From IMG/VR virus record IMGVR_UViG_3300028145_000062, positions 1 to 25,797 of that record: DNA of 25,797 nt; one strand, given 5' to 3'. This DNA comes from a virus (lineage: Duplodnaviria; Caudoviricetes). This document shows positions 16,816-24,172 of the stretch, piece by piece. The notes below the pieces were generated by a model that made no database searches, had not been told where the DNA came from, and saw only the letters and a list, made by a program, of their open reading frames with translations. Both the position numbers and the translations under genes were made by a program. Each line of letters starts with the position of its first letter. The stretch's first letter is position 1.

Positions 16816-17618
16816 GAGACCTTTCCAGCGTTGGCCGGGTTGTTCTTCGCGTTCTTATCGTAGCCGACGCTGCCGCTGTCGGACACGGAGCCGACGCTGC
16901 CGCTGCCGTACACGGAGACGACGCGGCCGCTGCCGGACACGGAGCCGACGCTGCCGCTGTCGGACACGGAGACGACGCGGCCGCTGTCGGACACGGAGAC
17001 GACGCGGCCGCTGTCGGACACGGAGACGACGCGGCCGCTGCCGGACACGTAGCCGACGCGGCCGCTGCCGGACACGGAGACGACGCGGCCGCTGCCGGAC
17101 ACGGAGCCGACGCTGCCGCTGTCGTACACGGAGCCGACGCTGCCGCTGCCGGACACGGAGACGACGCGGCCGCTGCCGGACACGTAGCCGACGCGGCCGC
17201 TGCCGGACACGGAGCCGACGCTGCCGCTGTCGGACACGGAGACGACGCGGCCCGCCTTCACATAGTCAATAACGCCAGTACCAACAAGGATTCGGCAACC
17301 GCCGAGCATGAGCGGAACGTGGCCGTCCGTTATCATCGACTTGATGATGGTTCGGCATTGCGTCTCGACTCGGTTGCGGACTTCCTCGAACCACGCCGGA
17401 GTTGTGGGCTCGTCCACTTTGAGCGTGTACCCATTGACGTTCGCGTAGTCCGGGTGGTTGTCCTTTGTCGCCGGGACGAACTCGATCTTTGCGAAGTGGC
17501 GGCACTCGGTATCGTCTGGCAAGCCGAAATGCACCACAAGGTCCGAGTGTGAGTCGGTGGCCTCGTGCCACTTGATGTCGCCGTTGCGGAGGACGAGGGC
17601 GGGGAAGAAGTTGCACAT
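16812..17618 (-). CDS. Phage protein with an N-terminal 'MC.F...SH' domain and a C-terminal 9-aa repeat beta-solenoid
   Basis: SD GGAG, 14 x (S/Y)V(S/Y)(G/D)SG(R/S)V(V/G). Confidence 0.85.
   Translation of the reverse strand: MCNFFPALVLRNGDIKWHEATDSHSDLVVHFGLPDDTECRHFAKIEFVPATKDNHPDYANVNGYTLKVDEPTTPAWFEEVRNRVETQCRTIIKSMITDGHVPLMLGGCRILVGTGVIDYVKAGRVVSVSDSGSVGSVSGSGRVGYVSGSGRVVSVSGSGSVGSVYDSGSVGSVSGSGRVVSVSGSGRVGYVSGSGRVVSVSDSGRVVSVSDSGRVVSVSDSGSVGSVSGSGRVVSVYGSGSVGSVSDSGSVGYDKNAKNNPANAGKVS
16863..17240. repeat. 14 tandem 27-bp coding repeats
   Basis: Unit such as gccgacgctgccgctgtcggacacgga, 378 bp in total, in frame. Confidence 0.95.
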
Positions 17619-17724
17619 GATCGGGTCTCCATTCGTGCCGTCCGCCGGGCGCTCCGGACCCGATCAAGAGAACGGAGCGAACTCCCGGCGGCGGCAACTT
17701 CCTTGGGCTTGGGTGATCGGGTCT
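17618..17724 (-). promoter_or_regulatory. Structured 5' leader: long hairpin whose loop is complementary to two flanking direct repeats
   Basis: Stem 17636-17656 pairs with 17673-17696. The loop 10-mer at 17657-17666 is the reverse complement of 17618-17627 and 17714-17723. Confidence 0.65.
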
Positions 17725-17732
17725 AGCGGGTC

Positions 17733-17761
17733 AGTATACCCACCCACCGCCCACACTGCAA
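17733..17761 (-). promoter_or_regulatory. sigma70-like promoter TTGCAG-N17-TATACT
   Basis: Near-consensus hexamers, exact 17-nt spacer, intergenic. Confidence 0.7.
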
Positions 17762-17762
17762 G

Positions 17763-17939
17763 TCACTTGACCAGCCTAGCCGCCACCCACGCGCGCAGAC
17801 TGGTGGCCAATCGCATCCCGCGAACACAGTCGGCGCGGGTCGCGTAGCCCTCACCACCGGACAAGATTTCGCCGTTGCTGGCCTTGATGTGCCAGCGCCA
17901 CGGATGTTTCCCGGCACCCTTCCAGACTTTGGCTTTCAT
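17763..17939 (-). CDS. YegP/DUF1508-family protein, 58 aa
   Basis: 'WRWHIKASNGEIL..GEGY.TRADC..G' signature, ATGA overlap. Confidence 0.85.
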   Translation of the reverse strand: MKAKVWKGAGKHPWRWHIKASNGEILSGGEGYATRADCVRGMRLATSLRAWVAARLVK

Positions 17940-18103
17940 GGCCGTGGCGTCCCGAACAGCCACCCGGCCGTCAGGCACGCCAGCCCGGCCGGGACCGCCT
18001 CGAAGTGGACCGTTCCCTCGCCGAGCTTGCCGTAGCCGATGGCGGCGAGGATGAAGCAGATCAGCGCCAGAACGTAGAACACGGTGCGGATGCTGATGAC
18101 CAT
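17936..18103 (-). CDS. 2-TM membrane protein, 55 aa (MVISIRTVFYVLALICFILAAIG...), holin-like size
   Basis: Translated by hand, SD GGAG, two hydrophobic segments. Confidence 0.7.
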   Translation of the reverse strand: MVISIRTVFYVLALICFILAAIGYGKLGEGTVHFEAVPAGLACLTAGWLFGTPRP

Positions 18104-18184
18104 GTGCGTCTCCGGTTGTGAAGTGGCAAGCCCCCATTTACGGGAACTCGCCGGAGGAAGAGAGAATCAGTGATTCGCCACAGC

Positions 18185-18415
18185 CTACGGGTTCGCAGCA
18201 ATTGCTGAGGACAACTCGGCGGCCTTGGCTTCCATCTCGTCCACCGCCGTTGACAGCGGCACAAGCTCGTCGGCCGTCGCGCCATTGGCGAGCGCCTCGT
18301 CGATCGCGGCGCGGATGCGCGCGGCCGTGCCGTTGATGAACACCGTCGCCGACTCGACCACGCCCTTTGTGGCGCGGATCGCTGCGATATCCGATGCGAG
18401 GTTGGGGTTTGCCAT
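18185..18415 (-). CDS. Ala-rich helical hypothetical protein, 76 aa
   Basis: SD AGGAG, 'V.SA..FI.G....I...' and terminal 'AIAANP' pattern common in phage proteins. Confidence 0.8.
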   Translation of the reverse strand: MANPNLASDIAAIRATKGVVESATVFINGTAARIRAAIDEALANGATADELVPLSTAVDEMEAKAAELSSAIAANP

Positions 18416-18436
18416 GATGCGTCTCCTGAAATGGGG

Positions 18437-18649
18437 TTACTTGTTCTGCGCCGCCAACGCGGCGGCGAGTGTGTCTGCGCGAGCCTTGAGACTGGCTGTT
18501 TCCGCGTGAAGCTCCGTCAGGTCCGGCACGTCGATCTTTGCCGCGATGGTGTGCAGCAGCCGGTGGTTGTGTTCAAGCTGGGCGACGATGATACCGATGG
18601 CGAGTCGGATGTCCCGCAGTTCTCGGTCAACCGGTGTGCGTCCGGGCAT
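18437..18649 (-). CDS. Coiled-coil hypothetical protein, 70 aa
   Basis: SD AGGAG, heptad pattern. Confidence 0.7.
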   Translation of the reverse strand: MPGRTPVDRELRDIRLAIGIIVAQLEHNHRLLHTIAAKIDVPDLTELHAETASLKARADTLAAALAAQNK

Positions 18650-18697
18650 GGGTGGCTCCTGCCCAATCGTACCCGCGTCGGCGCGGTGAATGATTCT

Positions 18698-18952
18698 TCA
18701 CCGCCGCATGTGGGACTTTTGCCCTGCCCTCTTTCGGGTGGCGACCCGTTCGGCCTCGATACCAGCGGCGCGGCCCTCGGCGCGTGCCGCTTTCGTCCCG
18801 GCCTTCACCGTGGCCGCGACAATGCTGTTGGTGTGTATCTTGACGGCATCGACGGCGCGGCCGACCGTGGCGAGCTTGATCGCCACGTAGCCGGTGACGA
18901 CCACCCCGGCAAGGGTGCAGAGCGGCTGGATGACTTCGGATAGGACGCTCAC
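18698..18952 (-). CDS. N-terminally membrane-anchored small protein, 84 aa
   Basis: SD AAGGAG, GTG start, one TM then a basic helix. Confidence 0.7.
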   Translation of the reverse strand: MSVLSEVIQPLCTLAGVVVTGYVAIKLATVGRAVDAVKIHTNSIVAATVKAGTKAARAEGRAAGIEAERVATRKRAGQKSHMRR

Positions 18953-18954
18953 GG

Positions 18955-19386
18955 CTAGGGCTCCTTCATCTTGCCTCGGATGTACGCCACGTCAGCCGCA
19001 ACCTTGGCCTGCTCCTTCTCGGAAACATGGACGGCCGCCAAGACTTCGGCGATCTTGGTGAACAGTTGGGATTGAAGCTGCTGCTGCCCATGTTCGACCT
19101 CGACCATGCGCCGCTCGAACTCCTGCGCCTTGATCCGGTGCTCCTCCCGCAAGGCTGCCAACGACTTCTCTTCGGCGCTCATCGCCTGGGCCATCGCGGC
19201 GGCAATGTCGTTGGGCGTTGCCGAGACGGCCTTCTCGACGGCCGATAGTCGCCAGTTGAACAGGGCCGCGCCGCCGAAGCTGCCGACGCCAGCACCGCCA
19301 CCAAGCACCAGCACCATCGCCCAGATCGGGAGTTTCAGGTGCTTGGGTTCGGCCTCGGTCCCGACAAGGTGCGGTTGCGTTGACAT
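18955..19386 (-). CDS. TM plus coiled-coil protein, 143 aa (MSTQPHLV...), possibly lysis-associated
   Basis: SD AGGAG before ATG 19386, Gly-rich TM followed by a long coiled coil. Confidence 0.7.
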   Translation of the reverse strand: MSTQPHLVGTEAEPKHLKLPIWAMVLVLGGGAGVGSFGGAALFNWRLSAVEKAVSATPNDIAAAMAQAMSAEEKSLAALREEHRIKAQEFERRMVEVEHGQQQLQSQLFTKIAEVLAAVHVSEKEQAKVAADVAYIRGKMKEP

Positions 19387-19400
19387 ATGCGACTCCTGTT

Positions 19401-19610
19401 TTAGCCGGGGTCGCAACCGTTCCAGCATGCAACAAACTTCTCGTAGGCGTCCTGAATGGCCGCGAATAGCGCGTCCTGCGCAGCCGCCTCGCACGCCTCA
19501 TTGCCGTTGCAGGCCGCAAAGTCGATGTTGTACTGCGCGAACGCGGCGGCGTAGAGCGATTGGTAATCCGAGATGCACCTGTCGCGGCAGTCCTGTATCG
19601 GATCAGGCAT
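19401..19610 (-). CDS. 69-aa helical-hairpin protein with symmetric Cys (CxxxC ... Cx5C ... CxxxC)
   Basis: SD AGGAG, six Cys arranged pseudo-palindromically. Confidence 0.7.
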   Translation of the reverse strand: MPDPIQDCRDRCISDYQSLYAAAFAQYNIDFAACNGNEACEAAAQDALFAAIQDAYEKFVACWNGCDPG

Positions 19611-19643
19611 GGTCGGCTCCTATGGCGGAGTGTACGCGACCGT

Positions 19644-19829
19644 CTACACCCCGGCACACCCGTTTGCGGGGGCCTCGGCCTCGGCCTCGCCCACGTCCGC
19701 CCTCGCATCCACCGTCGCCACCAGCCGCCGCATGACCACGTACGGGTCGGTGTCGGCCGGGAGCGTCCCATGCTCCAGCGCCTCGCGCGTCTCGGCCATC
19801 TCCGCGGCGGTGAGGGGTGGGTAGGTCAT
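19644..19829 (-). CDS. Hypothetical 61-aa protein
   Basis: ATGA overlap with the MazG-like gene. Confidence 0.55.
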   Translation of the reverse strand: MTYPPLTAAEMAETREALEHGTLPADTDPYVVMRRLVATVDARADVGEAEAEAPANGCAGV

Positions 19830-20170
19830 GTGCCGGAAACCTCTGGAAGCAGAACCGTCAACCCGCGCCGTCGCGTGACTTCATTGAACTTCGACCGCAC
19901 CGCCGCGCCAAGGTCGATCCCCATGCGCTCGGCGAGTAGGTCCAGGTAGATCGCGGCGTCGGCCAGTTCCTTCGCCACGTCCTCGACCAGCACGACCTCG
20001 CCGCGCCTGCGTTTCTTGATGAGATTCGCGGCCTCACCGACCTCGCCAGCCACGGCGGTCATCCAGTCGCACTCGGACCAGTCTTGGATACCGTGGCCGA
20101 ACTCTCGGCAGCGCCGAACATTAGCGACTCGCAACTCGCCGAAACCCAGTGGATCAAGCTGTACGCTCAT
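19826..20170 (-). CDS. MazG-like NTP pyrophosphohydrolase
   Basis: 'AGEVGEAANLIKK ... KELADAAIYLDLLA...GIDL..AV..KF' (ExxE / ExxD). Confidence 0.9.
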   Translation of the reverse strand: MSVQLDPLGFGELRVANVRRCREFGHGIQDWSECDWMTAVAGEVGEAANLIKKRRRGEVVLVEDVAKELADAAIYLDLLAERMGIDLGAAVRSKFNEVTRRRGLTVLLPEVSGT

Positions 20171-20949
20171 GTTCCCTTCCTCGCCTTCACCTCGGCAATG
20201 ACCATCCGGTCCGGCTGGGTCGCTTGCTTGCCGATCTCGGCCTTGACCTCGGACGCGGTATGGTCGGGCAGCGCCGCCACGCCATCGACCACGGCGGTCA
20301 GGGCCGACTCGGTGCGGGCCTTGCTCCGCTCACGCCAGATGAGGTACACGATCCCGCCCACGGCCGCGACGACGACGACGAACAGGAGTGCGATGGGGTA
20401 GACGCCACTCACGACAAGGCCCGCGCCGATGCCGAAACAGATGAGGGCGGGTTTGAGTCCAAGTCCAAGGTATAAACATGTTCCTCCCCCGATGATGCAG
20501 AGTACACCCGCGCCAATAAGTAGCGCGGTCGCGGAAGAGCCGCCAACAATCGAAGTAGTCGAGCCAAGCCCTCCGCCCCCTGCTGAACCGAGTCTGACAG
20601 TGGGGGCGTCGATGTTCGTCGAGTCTTTGAGCGCCCCTTCGCCGCGCGCTTCGACCCCGGCGCTGGTTGACGTGGCCGAGTCGGTGATGCTTTTCGTCGG
20701 CTTGCCATTGGCGTACTCCATGACGGTGTGGCTGACCCCGGCCGTGGCGGGCGTGACGGTCTTGGAGATGCCGGTGCAGCCCGTCACGGCGTAGATCAGC
20801 AGCGTAATCAGTGCAATCCACAACAGGGCGGCGAGTGCGATCTTGGCGAGTGGGCTCCATTCGCGCGTGGGGTTGGTGTGGTGCATGGGGGATTCTACGC
20901 GACCGTCGAGGGTTTCGGCGCAGTCGTGGGTGTCATGGTCATGGGTCAT
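20167..20949 (-). CDS. Putative lipoprotein with C-terminal TM helices, ~260 aa
   Basis: Hydrophobic stretch ending in lipobox-like VTG-C, a Ser/Thr-rich region, then about three TM segments. ATGA overlap at 20946-20949, though the true start may lie further downstream. Confidence 0.7.
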   Translation of the reverse strand: MTHDHDTHDCAETLDGRVESPMHHTNPTREWSPLAKIALAALLWIALITLLIYAVTGCTGISKTVTPATAGVSHTVMEYANGKPTKSITDSATSTSAGVEARGEGALKDSTNIDAPTVRLGSAGGGGLGSTTSIVGGSSATALLIGAGVLCIIGGGTCLYLGLGLKPALICFGIGAGLVVSGVYPIALLFVVVVAAVGGIVYLIWRERSKARTESALTAVVDGVAALPDHTASEVKAEIGKQATQPDRMVIAEVKARKGT

Positions 20950-21173
20950 GTCGTCACCTTCTGCGTCGCCCATGCCCACCGAGCCTTGCCGTCGAGGTAC
21001 AGGTGGTCGCGGTTCTCTTCATCCACGATGCGGCCCTGGATCACCGACCCGATCGGTGGGCAGTTGTGGATCGAGACGCACTTGGCGGCCGGATCGTTGA
21101 CGGCGGCCATGAACTCCATTAGCGTCGGATTCATCTTCTGGACACTCGAACCATCCCATCGTTGAACGTTCAT
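20946..21173 (-). CDS. Hypothetical 75-aa protein
   Basis: SD AAGGAG, ATGA overlaps at both ends. Confidence 0.7.
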   Translation of the reverse strand: MNVQRWDGSSVQKMNPTLMEFMAAVNDPAAKCVSIHNCPPIGSVIQGRIVDEENRDHLYLDGKARWAWATQKVTT

Positions 21174-21406
21174 GCTGGCTCCTTATCTGTGCTTCCCGGC
21201 GGGAAATGCAACGGCTTGGCGGGCAGGAACGCATACCACTCCGGGGTATCGCGGTGCGTCCCATTCGAGTCGTAGACGATCCAGCCGTCAATCTCTTTGT
21301 CCCACCAGCCGAGAAGGATTCGGCCGCGATCCATGCGGTAGGTCAATACATCTTCGCCGTGGTCGGGGTGGCCAAGGTCGGTGCGGTGCCAATTGGCGAG
21401 TCTCAT
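21170..21406 (-). CDS. DUF551-like protein
   Basis: 'W......P.....VL...G.W......W.........W..LP..P' pattern. Confidence 0.6.
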   Translation of the reverse strand: MRLANWHRTDLGHPDHGEDVLTYRMDRGRILLGWWDKEIDGWIVYDSNGTHRDTPEWYAFLPAKPLHFPPGSTDKEPA

Positions 21407-21876
21407 TTGTTTCCTCCGACAGTGACAGCCTTCTCTAGCCGATCAAGGGCCTCCCATGAAATCTCGGCGTAGGCGTCTTCTCCAAGCGCGCCATGTGAAT
21501 GCGTCAATGCGAATCGAGCCGCCTCAATCAGCGGCTTCAATGGGTGTTGGGAGCACTCTCGAATGTGCGCCGCGAGCCGTTCATGCTTCGACTCGGGCGT
21601 GCCGTCCGGGTACGCCTGTCCGCAGAACGCGCAGTGGATTGTCTTGTTCTCGGCCGCGAGCAACGCCCGGACGGTTTCGCGGGCTTGGTGCAGGTCGTCG
21701 GCTGTTGCGTCCGTCGCCTCCACCGCATCGCACAGCACGCGGATGTCAGCGGCGGTGAAGCCGATCGGGGCGTTGCTGGTGAACCACTTGTAGTCCGGCG
21801 AGAAGCCGTCGATGAGTTGGCGAAGGCGGCGGGCTACTTCGATTGGTTGCGGAGTTGGCATGGATAGCTCCTTCAT
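21403..21876 (-). CDS. Hypothetical protein with a CxxC...H...C..H zinc-binding motif
   Basis: 'CAFCG..YP......L.AHI.EC..HP'. Confidence 0.7.
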   Translation of the reverse strand: MKELSMPTPQPIEVARRLRQLIDGFSPDYKWFTSNAPIGFTAADIRVLCDAVEATDATADDLHQARETVRALLAAENKTIHCAFCGQAYPDGTPESKHERLAAHIRECSQHPLKPLIEAARFALTHSHGALGEDAYAEISWEALDRLEKAVTVGGNK

Positions 21877-22154
21877 TTCGTCATCCGCCTATTCTCTTCC
21901 CGCCGCACCGCCTCCATCGCCGCCGAGTGCGACCACCACCCCATCGCGGCGGCAAGCTCTGGATAGCTCCATCCATACCGTTTTCGCAACTCGAACGCGA
22001 GCCAGTCGCGGAGCGCCACGTCCGGCACCGACCGCAACCCCTCGGCCCGGCGCTGGAGAAGTTCCACGCCGTCCACGCCCCGCTCGGCGCAGAGGGCGTT
22101 GTACTGGGCTGCGCCAAAATCTCTTGGCGGCGGGAGTGGGGTGGGGCGGGTCAT
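21873..22154 (-). CDS. DnaA C-terminal-like HTH protein, 93 aa (MTRPTPLP...)
   Basis: 'LR...GWSYPELAAAMG..SHSAAMEAVRR' matches the DnaA domain IV pattern, ATGA overlap. Confidence 0.7.
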   Translation of the reverse strand: MTRPTPLPPPRDFGAAQYNALCAERGVDGVELLQRRAEGLRSVPDVALRDWLAFELRKRYGWSYPELAAAMGWWSHSAAMEAVRREENRRMTK

Positions 22155-22531
22155 GCTTCCTTCACCTCCCATCCACCGCCCGCCCGCTTGACCACCCGAA
22201 CCACGAACGGCCACGTATGCGCCACCACCAGCATCTTCGCCCGCGCGTGTAGCTCCATGTGCCCCTTGGTGTCGTGCAGTTCCAGCGACCCGTCGCCGAG
22301 CATGACCAGAAAGTCCGGCGTCCACCGCAGGTCCGGCGCGAGCTTCAACGTCACGGCCTCGAACTTCCACCACAGGATGTCGCCAGCACGGAGCAAGAGG
22401 GCAAGGTGTTCGGCGTACGCGGCCTCGGTCTTATTCATCTGGCCGGGAACGTGGCGGATGCGGCCCTTGCCCTTCGGCTTGGCCTTGGCCTGGGCGGAGA
22501 CGAACTGGTCGGCGCTCATGCTACTTTCCAC
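22151..22531 (-). CDS. DUF1064-like PD-(D/E)xK nuclease
   Basis: 'MNKTEAAYA..L ... FE...LKLA...RWTPDF ... LHDTKG'. Confidence 0.8.
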   Translation of the reverse strand: MESSMSADQFVSAQAKAKPKGKGRIRHVPGQMNKTEAAYAEHLALLLRAGDILWWKFEAVTLKLAPDLRWTPDFLVMLGDGSLELHDTKGHMELHARAKMLVVAHTWPFVVRVVKRAGGGWEVKEA

Positions 22532-22940
22532 GGCGGCCCCTCCCTTTCGGCTGCACAGCCTTCATCGCAGCCATGAGCCGGTCCTGGGCGGTGCCGAGAG
22601 AGGCGGTGGCATCGGACCAGCCATAGAAGTAGGCGTCGTTCAACTGTTCATACCTCGGTCCATAGGCAGCCTTGGTGTACGGCCTCCCCGGCCCGTCCTC
22701 TGCCGGTGGCGGGCCACGCCGCACAGCCTCGTCCCACGCGGCCGACGCCAGCACGTCGAAGCCTTGGCGCTGGAGCTTGACGCACTCGCGCACGGCCCAC
22801 ATGACTGAGCCGTCGTCGGGCGGGGCGGAGGCGGGCGGCGTGCTACGTGCCGCCGCCTCGGCCGCAGGGTCGTAGTTGGTCACGCCGTCGTTGGCGCAAG
22901 GGGGCGGTGTGGGGGCGGGTTTGGGGCGGGGCTTACTCAC
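22521..22940 (-). CDS. Hypothetical protein, ~139 aa (GTG start, SKPRPKP...)
   Basis: GTGA overlap, Pro-rich N-terminus and helical C-terminus. Confidence 0.6.
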   Translation of the reverse strand: MSKPRPKPAPTPPPCANDGVTNYDPAAEAAARSTPPASAPPDDGSVMWAVRECVKLQRQGFDVLASAAWDEAVRRGPPPAEDGPGRPYTKAAYGPRYEQLNDAYFYGWSDATASLGTAQDRLMAAMKAVQPKGRGRRGK

Positions 22941-23140
22941 GCTCGCCTCGCTTTCCGCCGGGTGGGCTTGGCCCGCTTCACCCCGTCCGCCAGCCCGCGC
23001 CGGTACTCGCGGGCGAGGGCGCGGTCGATGCGACGGGCTACGACATGCTGGGGCAAATAAAGTCCTCCCCACAACAGAGCCGCGATCCGCTCCCCCACCG
23101 TTGCCTTCACCGCCGACTTGGGCTTGCGTTGCCTGCTCAT
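22937..23140 (-). CDS. Small basic hypothetical protein, 67 aa
   Basis: AGGAG-N7-ATG. Confidence 0.6.
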   Translation of the reverse strand: MSRQRKPKSAVKATVGERIAALLWGGLYLPQHVVARRIDRALAREYRRGLADGVKRAKPTRRKARRA

Positions 23141-23150
23141 CGCCATTCTC

Positions 23151-23621
23151 CTAGTGCCTCTTCGCCCCGCCCTTGATGCGGTCCAGTTCCTTCGCCACGT
23201 CCCGCCCCGCCCACGCGCTGTCCGCCGCTTCCCTGTCCGCCTTGGCGCGGGCCAGTGCGCCGGTGCCGCCCGTGCCGGGGGTGTTGCCGCCAGAGCCGCC
23301 CTTGGGCTTTGGGTCGTCCCACGCGGCTGGGCTGGCGTCGAAGCCGTGGCCGCGCATCCAGGTTTCGATGCGTCCCGCGTACGGCCCCTTGCCTTTGCCA
23401 GAGGCGGCGTAGGCCCGCACACGGGCCAGCAACCACTCGGCCGGGCTCGGTTGCCCCCGCTCCTGCAAGCCCGTCAGGGCCTCGTCTACGGCCACGCGGG
23501 CGAACTGGGGATGGAACACGCCGTGCGGCGGGTAGGCGGCGACGACACCGGCAACGGTTTCGAGGGACCACTTGCCGCTCAACCCTTCCCGACACGCCGC
23601 AAAGTCTAACTGTTCGCTCAC
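23151..23621 (-). CDS. Protein resembling the C-terminal domain of phage replication initiators
   Basis: 'AYP......A..A...AL ... LL..V..YA......Y.....TW.....F' pattern. GTG start at 23621 is inferred. Confidence 0.5.
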   Translation of the reverse strand: MSEQLDFAACREGLSGKWSLETVAGVVAAYPPHGVFHPQFARVAVDEALTGLQERGQPSPAEWLLARVRAYAASGKGKGPYAGRIETWMRGHGFDASPAAWDDPKPKGGSGGNTPGTGGTGALARAKADREAADSAWAGRDVAKELDRIKGGAKRH

Positions 23622-24160
23622 TGTTCGCTCCGTTGAAAAAACTCCGCGCGCACCCAGGGGATTTTCCGCTGCCCTGCTCTTACGGGCCGTGGAACTGAAC
23701 AGACTGGCCCACACCAACTCAACCGTTGAAAGTCATTTTGCGCGCGAGCAAAAACAAAAGTGGCAGCGCGCCTGTTGCTTCGCAGCAGCGCAGGCGATTT
23801 TCGCGCAGAATGTGAACCGTCGGTTGCTTCGCTGCGCCTCTGGTATGGCGCAGTCCACTGACACCCCTGAACGGCCGTCCGTCCAGTTGAAGTGTGTTCC
23901 ATTGCGGCTTCTTCGCGGCGGCCTGTATCGGCCTTGTGCGCAGGGGGAAGCTCACATCCAAGCCCTGTCGTGTGGGAGAGAAATGAAAACGACCGCTCCC
24001 GGATTGCTCCGGGGCGGTCATGGGCGGTCGTTGTGACGCGAGCGCCGAAAAAGCTGTCGGGATTTTCTGCACTCGCGTCACGTCCATGTTGTAGTCGATG
24101 CTGGGTCATGTGTCAAGTCCTCAATCCCCGCCCGGCGCGGTTAGGCGGGGGCGGGATGTA
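23622..24160. other. Poorly coding, A/T-tract-rich interval (candidate origin/regulatory region; the 163-aa ORF 23618-24109 is uncertain)
   Basis: A/T tracts, recurrent GATTTTC motifs, TTGACA-N17-TACAAC on the - strand at 24088-24116, GC hairpin at ~24126-24150. Confidence 0.4.
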
Positions 24161-24172
24161 CATGATCGTCTC

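Noticed and set aside
16863-17240. Possible CRISPR array or DGR template/variable repeat
   Set aside because: Contiguous in-frame coding repeats with no unique spacers; no cas or reverse transcriptase gene in the window; variation is not adenine-specific.
18120-18130. GAAGTGGCAAG also present at the start of the RF mini-ORF on the opposite strand
   Set aside because: A short match with no further similarity; plausibly chance.
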